Shown piece by piece: positions 8,099-14,900 of a stretch of 26,239 nucleotides of DNA. The stretch's first letter is position 1. Each line of letters opens with the position of its first letter. A program made the translations under genes and the position numbers. A model generated the notes under the pieces. That model was not told the origin of the DNA, ran no database searches, and worked only from the letters and a program-made list of their open reading frames with translations. Location of the stretch: positions 1 through 26,239 of the IMG/VR virus record IMGVR_UViG_3300017722_000987; one strand, given 5' to 3'. This DNA is from a virus. Its lineage: Duplodnaviria; Caudoviricetes.

Positions 8099-8739
8099 TG
8101 GACACGATTGTCTTCGGAACCCCGCAGAAGCCGACCGCGACGATTACGCCGTATCGGAGTCTGCGCCGAATCACGCAGCCGGCCGTCGAGCCGGTGAGCT
8201 TGGCCTTCGCCAAGACGCACGCCCGCGTCGATACGGATGCCGACGATCTCTACATCCAGTCTCTGATCTCCGTCGCGCGCGAGTATGTAGAGGACATTTT
8301 AGATATCACGCTCTGCACAACCGTTTGGGAGGTCAAATATGACTTGTTCCCAATCTGGGCGATCATCCTGCCCCGGCTGCCGATGCAGGATAAGACGATT
8401 ACGGTGACCTACCGAAACGGCGACGGCGTCTACGGGACGCTCTCGAGCGCGAACAACGGATTTCAGGTCGATGCCAGCGTCCTGCCTGGGCGAATCTATC
8501 CGCAGTGGGCGACCGCGTGGCCGGCGACTCGAGGCGACGAGAACTCGGTCACGGTGCGGTACACCGCAGGCTACGGCGACGACGGGCAGGCAGCCCCCAG
8601 AGTGGCAAAGCACCTTATCTGCATCCTCGTCGCCCACTGGTATGACACGCGCCAGCCGGCCGTCACAGGAGCGCCGCAGTCGGTTCCGCAGACGTTTGAG
8701 ACGCTCCTGGCCGCGGCCAGCATGGGGGTATACCGATGA
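8098..8739 (+). CDS. Head-tail connector protein (gp6/gp15-like, phiE125 gp8-type)
   Basis: PAVEPVSLAFAKTHARVD, LISVAREYVE, VTVRYTAGYG, ILVAHWYDTR. Confidence 0.9.
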   Translation: MDTIVFGTPQKPTATITPYRSLRRITQPAVEPVSLAFAKTHARVDTDADDLYIQSLISVAREYVEDILDITLCTTVWEVKYDLFPIWAIILPRLPMQDKTITVTYRNGDGVYGTLSSANNGFQVDASVLPGRIYPQWATAWPATRGDENSVTVRYTAGYGDDGQAAPRVAKHLICILVAHWYDTRQPAVTGAPQSVPQTFETLLAAASMGVYR

Positions 8740-9065
8740 CCGTTCGTGCCAGAATCGACGTTGACGCCGTCTACCACGACACCGATGGCACCTCGCTGAC
8801 GGTCGGGACGCTCTCTGAGCATCTGGCCCCGGCCCTGACGACGGCCCAGACCATCGGCCGCAGCGTCGGCACGGCATCGGTGCAGATCGTCGGCACCACG
8901 CCGCTCTCTACCCTGGTCGTGAAGAACACAGGCAACAGCGTCCTGCGGCTGGCCGGCAGCGTCGATGTGGCCGCGGGCAGGCTTGCCGTGCTGCCTGTGA
9001 CGGCGACGATCACCGTGTCGGCGCCGTCGGGCTCGGGATCGTACACCGCCATATGGATGGGGTGA
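8736..9065 (+). CDS. Hypothetical beta-rich virion protein in the neck module
   Basis: ATGA-coupled to the upstream gene; Thr/Val/Ser-rich; no recognisable motif. Confidence 0.7.
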   Translation: MTVRARIDVDAVYHDTDGTSLTVGTLSEHLAPALTTAQTIGRSVGTASVQIVGTTPLSTLVVKNTGNSVLRLAGSVDVAAGRLAVLPVTATITVSAPSGSGSYTAIWMG

Positions 9066-9068
9066 GCA

Positions 9069-9389
9069 ATGATCAACTCCGGCGCGATGCGCGAGCGGGT
9101 CACGATCCAGAAGCCTGTCGAGAACCAAAGCTCGTTCGGTGAGACGACGCTCTCCTGGGAGGACGAAGGGACGGTCTACGCCAACATCATGGGCGTGAGG
9201 GCCGCCGACTACTTCGCGGCCCAGCAGTCTGGCGTGCTCGTCACCCACCGCATCCGCATCCGTTTCTTTCCTAGCATCACTCACCAGCACCGGCTGATCT
9301 GGCGTGGCCGGGTGATGGAGATCAGCAGCGTGCTCGAGCGAGAGACTCGTTCTGTCCATGAAATCTTGGCACGGGAGGCTGCGACATGA
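9069..9389 (+). CDS. Head closure / head-tail adaptor (SPP1 gp16-like)
   Basis: GAMRERVTIQ, SFGE...W...VYANI, THRIRIRF; neck position. Confidence 0.9.
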   Translation: MINSGAMRERVTIQKPVENQSSFGETTLSWEDEGTVYANIMGVRAADYFAAQQSGVLVTHRIRIRFFPSITHQHRLIWRGRVMEISSVLERETRSVHEILAREAAT

Positions 9390-10132
9390 TTTCATCCAGC
9401 AACCCTACCCCCAGATATGTCGGCGGCGAGTCGTCCCTTGAGAAGACGAAGGGGTTCGTCACGATCAAGACCGCAGGCATCCGCGAGATGGCGAAGGAAC
9501 TGGAGCGGATTGCCGCCGCCGCCGCCCCGCGGCTGCTTATGGACGCCGTGGTGAAGGCGTCGAAGCCAATCGCCACGACCTACGCCTCTGCTGCTCGCCA
9601 GATGCAGGCGACGGGCAATCTCGCCGACTCAGTGACGACGGAGAAGCGACCCTATTCGCAGGCCGCTGTCGCGATCACCGGCCCCAGGCAGACCGGCCCA
9701 GTTGGCTCGACGGACTCGGCTGTTTCGGGGAATCATGCCTGGTTGGTCGAGTTCGGCAGTGGCCGACGAAAGCCGGGTACGCAGGGCCGGCGAACATATG
9801 TAAACGTGCATCAGATGATCAACGGCAAGATGCGAAAGCACTCGTCTGCCAACGATGCCCAGTTCGCGAAGATGTCGAGGGGCTACTACTTCCTCATGGG
9901 CAGCATCGACGAGCCGACCCGTCAGGGTAAGGGAAAGTCTGGGTATTCCCGTGACTTCATGCTCGGCCAAGACGGCCGTAGCGGCGAGCAGCACCCGATC
10001 ACGCTGCATCCAGGGGAAACCATTGCCCCCATGCCCGCCCACCACCTCATGGAAAAGACGATCCAGAAGACCGCTGGCGTTGTTCAGTCGCTTCTTCTCG
10101 CAGAAATCAACGCCCACCTGAACAAATATTAA
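9386..10132 (+). CDS. HK97 gp10-like neck/tail protein with a long insertion
   Basis: TGNLADSV, HAWLVEFGS, MPAHHLME; lies between the head closure and tail terminator genes. Confidence 0.72.
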   Translation: MISSSNPTPRYVGGESSLEKTKGFVTIKTAGIREMAKELERIAAAAAPRLLMDAVVKASKPIATTYASAARQMQATGNLADSVTTEKRPYSQAAVAITGPRQTGPVGSTDSAVSGNHAWLVEFGSGRRKPGTQGRRTYVNVHQMINGKMRKHSSANDAQFAKMSRGYYFLMGSIDEPTRQGKGKSGYSRDFMLGQDGRSGEQHPITLHPGETIAPMPAHHLMEKTIQKTAGVVQSLLLAEINAHLNKY

Positions 10133-10557
10133 TGGTTATTTCGCCCGAAAAACACGTCTATCAGAAACTGGTGACCTCGCCGTCCATCGCGAGGCTCGTC
10201 GGATTTCAGGTGTTTCCGATTGCCGTCCCCAAGACTGCAACGCTCCCGTTCGTCGTCTACAAGCGGTCAAACATCATCCGCGAGTCGGCGTTGCCTGGGC
10301 CGATCTACCAGCCAGTGGTGAACCTACAGATTGCGTCATGGGCACTCTACTACGATGGCGCTCGCGAACTCGCCGACGAGGTGCGATTGGCCTTGGATGG
10401 CCGCATCGGCACGCTCTCAGGGGTTACAATTAGTGATATACGGCTTGTTTCGGAGACGGATGACTATCTAGACCCGGCCGCCGTGGGAGCACAACTCCCG
10501 CCCGCATACGAAGTTCGACAACTATTTCAGATTCGGTGGCAAGAGGCCACTGAGTAA
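10132..10557 (+). CDS. Tail completion/terminator protein (gp17/DUF3168-like)
   Basis: LVGFQVFPIAVP, LPFVVYKR, LQIASWA, ARELADEVRLALDG. Confidence 0.85.
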   Translation: MVISPEKHVYQKLVTSPSIARLVGFQVFPIAVPKTATLPFVVYKRSNIIRESALPGPIYQPVVNLQIASWALYYDGARELADEVRLALDGRIGTLSGVTISDIRLVSETDDYLDPAAVGAQLPPAYEVRQLFQIRWQEATE

Positions 10558-10564
10558 GACTTTA

Positions 10565-10578
10565 GCGCAAGGAGGCGC
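10565..10578 (+). promoter_or_regulatory. SD presented in a GGA hexaloop hairpin (GCGC-AAGGAG-GCGC)
   Basis: 13 of 14 nt identical to 7143-7156; ends 3 nt before ATG 10582. Confidence 0.6.
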
Positions 10579-10581
10579 ACT

Positions 10582-10911
10582 ATGGCAGGTGTTGCAGCGA
10601 TGGGCGTGGCGATCACCTACAACTCCGTAGGTATCACGGCAACGAGCTTCAATGTTAACGATCAGATCGACAACGCTGACGGCTCGCACCTCGGGCAGTC
10701 GGTTGGTAGCCGCCGCGAGTACGTTCCGACGTTTGTGCAGCGGGAAATCTCCGTTGACTACATCGGAACCTCGATTATCTCTGTCCAGTCGGCTGCGATC
10801 AGCATCAGCGGCCCGGTCAGTTTCAGCGGAAACGCCACCCTCACGGCATCGACCGTCAGCGGCAGCGTCGGCGATTTGGTCAAAGGAAGCGCCACTTGGC
10901 GCGTGGCGTAA
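10582..10911 (+). CDS. Putative tail tube protein, paralogue 1
   Basis: Position between tail terminator and chaperone, strong SD, beta-strand pattern, similarity to the next gene. Confidence 0.65.
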   Translation: MAGVAAMGVAITYNSVGITATSFNVNDQIDNADGSHLGQSVGSRREYVPTFVQREISVDYIGTSIISVQSAAISISGPVSFSGNATLTASTVSGSVGDLVKGSATWRVA

Positions 10912-10931
10912 CTCTGAGGGGGTAACCCGAC

Positions 10932-11297
10932 ATGGCCGGGGCCACCGCACAGGGAGCGACGTTTACGTTTTCCGGCTTTTCCGGCGCGATCACCGGAATA
11001 TCGGTGCAGATGCCAACGGCGCAGGTCACAGACATGACCGCTGCCGCAGACGGCCTGGGCTACAGCTTTATGGTGCCGACCGGCGAATGGGCCGGCGGCA
11101 CCATAACTGTGGACTTCTTAACAACCAATGCCGACCCGCAGTCTTTCGTGCGGAAGGTCGGGCAGCTTACGTTCGCATCGACTGGCTATTCAATCAGCCG
11201 CCAAGTCATCTGCGAGTCGGCCACTGTCGGAGCGCAGGCAGGCGAAATCGTTCGCGGATCGCTCAAGTTCTTAATGACTGATTACCAAGGCTCATGA
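10932..11297 (+). CDS. Putative tail tube protein, paralogue 2
   Basis: Shares MAG..A.G...T, VPT, IxVD[YF] and TV....G[DE][LI]V[KR]GS with 10582-10911. Confidence 0.62.
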   Translation: MAGATAQGATFTFSGFSGAITGISVQMPTAQVTDMTAAADGLGYSFMVPTGEWAGGTITVDFLTTNADPQSFVRKVGQLTFASTGYSISRQVICESATVGAQAGEIVRGSLKFLMTDYQGS

Positions 11298-11298
11298 C

Positions 11299-11311
11299 CG
11301 GCAGGATGCCG
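11299..11311 (+). promoter_or_regulatory. GGA-loop hairpin CGGC-AGGAT-GCCG upstream of the chaperone gene
   Basis: Perfect inverted repeat in the 43-nt intergenic gap. Confidence 0.5.
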
Positions 11312-11340
11312 ATTTAAACATATTTTCGGAGTAGATCGAC

Positions 11341-11712
11341 ATGGCTCTTGACCGTAAAAGCATCCTGGCCGCCGACGACGTTCGCAAAGAGAAGGTAGCT
11401 GTTCCAGAGTGGGGCGGCGACGTTTTTCTTAGCGTCCTTACCGGCACCGACCGCGACCGTTTCGAGGAGAGCTACTCGGAGCAGAAGATGAAGGCGTTCC
11501 GCATTCGCTTCCTGCTCTTGGCTCTGTGCGACGAGAAGGGCAAGCGTCTCTTCGACGACGACGAAAGCGACATCCTCGGCAAGAAGTCGTCGGTTGTGAT
11601 CAACCGTCTCTTCGAGGCTGGCTGGAAGCTGAACGCTTTCACGCAGGAGGCAGTTGATGCCTTGGGGGAAGATTCGCCGCTCGCCCCGAGCGACGATTCT
11701 ACTTCAGGCTAG
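11341..11712 (+). CDS. Tail assembly chaperone (gpG-like)
   Basis: LDRKSILAA, VAVPEWGGDV, LCDEKGKRLF; lies upstream of the tape measure gene. Confidence 0.85.
   Translation: MALDRKSILAADDVRKEKVAVPEWGGDVFLSVLTGTDRDRFEESYSEQKMKAFRIRFLLLALCDEKGKRLFDDDESDILGKKSSVVINRLFEAGWKLNAFTQEAVDALGEDSPLAPSDDSTSG
11664..11670 (+). other. Candidate -1 ribosomal frameshift site G GGG GAA
   Basis: The -1 frame is closed by TGA 11655-11657 and then open to 11987; this G5 run is the obvious slippery sequence in the overlap. Confidence 0.7.
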
Positions 11713-11987
11713 CAGCCACGCTTGGGATGAGCGTCAAGCGGCTGTTGCAGGAGATGGACAGCAAGGAGATCGCTGAGTGGTACGCATTCGACCAGCGATG
11801 GCCTCTTCCAGACCCCTGGGGGCAGACTGCCAGACTGTGCCGGATAATCATGGCGGCGTCTGGGAACTACAAGAAACACGACATCCCCGACGAGGCCGTT
11901 TTTATTCCGAGTGTGGTCAAGGCAGAGCAGACTGAGAATCAGATTCTCAATGAACTGATGAAGTTGAATATGCCAATTCAGGAATGA
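11667..11987 (+). CDS. gpT-like C-terminal part of the G-T chaperone fusion (-1 frame)
   Basis: The -1 frame reads GRFAARPERRFYFRLAATLGMSVKRLLQEMDSKEIAEWYAF..., a gpT-like pattern that begins upstream of ATG 11727. Confidence 0.8.
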   Translation, partial: GRFAARPERRFYFRLAATLGMSVKRLLQEMDSKEIAEWYAFDQRWPLPDPWGQTARLCRIIMAASGNYKKHDIPDEAVFIPSVVKAEQTENQILNELMKLNMPIQE

Positions 11988-11991
11988 AGCG

Positions 11992-14900
11992 ATGAGCGGC
12001 TATCTCGGCAAGATCAGTGCGATTGTCACGGCGAACACGGCCGACTTCCAGGCCAAGCTTGAGGGCGGCGGTGCCGCCGTCCGCAAGTTCTCTCGCGAGG
12101 TGCAATCGAACATCACCAAGTCGATGGGTGATGTCGAGAAGTCGATCCAAAGCATCTACACCCCGCTTCAGCGACTGGAAGGGTCGCTGAAAGCGGCGGG
12201 TAGCCTGAAGCTCAGTTTCCAAGGATTCAAGGGTGCGATTAAGGACGTTGAGGAACTAAAAGGCAGACTTGGTAGCCTGAACTCGCAGCAACTCAAGATC
12301 GTCCTAGACCAGAGCGGCCTAAAGAGCCTCAAGGAAGTTCGCTCAGTTCTTCGCGAGGTCAGTAACCGAGATATACGGTTGTTCGACGCAGCCGGCAGCT
12401 TGCAGGCGTTGCAGAAAATCCAGGCTGGGCTGAATACCGCTCGAGGGCAGCGGAAGCTTGCCAAGCTCGGGATCGACGAGTCGGAGCTTGATGCTCTGAT
12501 TCAGAAGTTCCGTCGATTCCCACGACAGCGCATCGAGGCCGTCATCAATGTCCTCGGCCAAGATATGCTGGATGCCTCGTTCACCAAGGCGAGGCAGTTG
12601 TTCTCGCTATCCGAGCAGATTAACAAACCGCTGATGGCGGCAGTTGATAGTTTTGGGAGGCTATCGCGAGAAGTGCAGGCTGGTTTCATTCCAGCACTCG
12701 GAGCGGCCCAGAACGAGGCACAGAACCTAGCCGACGACATCAAGAATGCCTGCGTTATTGGGCAGGGCAGATTCGACGATGTCGAAAGCAGCGTGCAGAG
12801 GGTAACGGTCGCGATCAAGCAGTTGAGCGAAGCCTCGGCGTTGGTTGGCAGTCTCAAGACTGGAAACGAACTGGCTTTCGACCAGCCTGGGCTGAACGCT
12901 GCCCTCACCCGCGGCGTCAAGTTCGGCAACGACGCGCAGTCGCAGATGGCCGTGTCTGGCATTGCTCGCGCAAATTCTGGTGACGTGTCCAACGCTCTTC
13001 AGCGGATCATGGCTGAGTCGAAGCGCGCCGAGGCGATCCTGGCTGACTTAAAGAGTGCCGAGCAACTCGGGTTGGCGGGGTACGCCAATGGACTCCGAAA
13101 AGACCTCGCAGACGTTGCCGCCGAAATTAACAAGGTTCTTGACGTTGCCGAGACAAAGATCGACCTTCAGGTCACCACCACGGCGGCCAAGGCCGTTGTC
13201 GATCAACTCGGAAACAAGCTGAAGGAACTCCAGGCTCTCGCCGATTTCAGCATCACCGGCAATTTCCAAGACTCGCAGCAGACTGTCTCGGCGATTCAAG
13301 AAATCATCGGGATGATGGACAAACTGAACGCGGCGCAGAAGACCGCGATGCAGCCGCAGATCAACTCGCTCATCGATGCTGCACGGCCCGACGCCAGCAC
13401 GGGGGTTGTCGATCTCGCGAAATTCAAGTCTGTCTACGATGTGCTCAAGGCCGACATCGAAGCTGGCACCAAGCTAAACCTTGATACCGCGGCGGCACAG
13501 AAGGCGATTGACGACTTCGACGCCAAGATAAAGAACCTTGAGGACGACTCGAACTTTGCGATCACGGCCCAGGTTCAGAATCAAGCTCAAGCCGAAGCGG
13601 AGATTAAAAAGCTCATCGGCAGAATGAGCGAGCTTGACGCCGCCGGCCGCGCCGCCATGCAGCCGACCGCCGACGCCGCGATTAGTTCGCTGAGTGCGAA
13701 GGACGCCAGCGGTGCCCCAGATATCGATGCGATGCGGCTTGCGATTGATGCGTTTGATCAAGAGTTCAACGCCCAGAGAACGCTGAAGCTTGACACTGCC
13801 GCTGCCACCAAGAGGCTGGATACCCTTGACGAATCATGGGCAGCGTCAATCCGCGGGCTGCCCGAGACAGAGAAACAGATCGACGACTTCTTCACGAAGG
13901 TTCTCGCCGACATCGGTAAGTTTGAGGCAGCCGACAGGCTCAACTTCGACCCGATGATTGCCAGCATTCGGCAACTCATCGCGACTGGGGCACCGATATC
14001 GTCGGTAGCAGACGCTCTTCTTCAGCTTGAAGACGCTCAAAAGAAGGTCAACGCTGCCGGCAAGCAGGGCGAAACAGTCGCGAAGCTATCGCCTGGGGCC
14101 GTGCGGACTGACTTGGAGCAGCGGCTCGAGGCTGCGAAGCAGCGAGCTACTAACCCGATGGCTATGCCGGGGGAGTCTATTGAGGACATCGGCAAGGAAG
14201 CCGACGTTCGTCTTTCGCTGGGCAAGGACATCGGCGACAGCGCGAGGCAGTTGGATGTGCTGAAGGGTGGCCTAACGTCCGTAAAGGACAAGGTTGACCG
14301 GCTGCCGGAGAGCGTTCGTTCGCGGTTCATTCCGGCCATTCAAGACGCAGAGAGGGAGTTCACTGATCTCGCCACGTCGGCAAGCCCGCTGGCGGCCGAC
14401 ATTGAGCGGGCGAGGCAACGTCTCGCGCAACTCACGCAAGATGCAGGGCGTGCTGATCAAGCGTTGAACTTCGCGGAGTCGTTCGGCGGTGCTGGTCGCT
14501 CAGGGGTCAACCTCGGGCTAGATCAGCGGGCACTAAAGGGCTACGAAGGACAGCTAACTGCGTTGCAGACAGCCCTCGGTCGAACAAGTGCCCAGGCTCG
14601 CGGCCCTGCGGTGGCGGCATTCAACGACCTCCGCAACGCCATCTCAAACGCTATGGAGGAGGGCAATCTGTCGATGCCCGCCACGCAGCAGAACATTCAG
14701 CGTCTGACAAACGTGGCCGTGAACGCGACATCACAAGCTGGCGGGGGCAGCGTCGGAAGCATTCAGAGGGATATGCAGAGGGCCGGCGACGTTGGGCGAG
14801 GAGGGTTCGACAAGCTCTCGCTCGGCGTCAATCAAGCAGCGTTCGCTATCGATGACTTCATGTCGTCCACGGGCGGCTGGGATCAAAAGTTGCGGGCCGT

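Noticed and set aside
10420-10440. TACAAT -10-like hexamer inside the tail terminator gene
   Set aside because: There is no matching -35 or TGn extension, and it is explained by coding sequence
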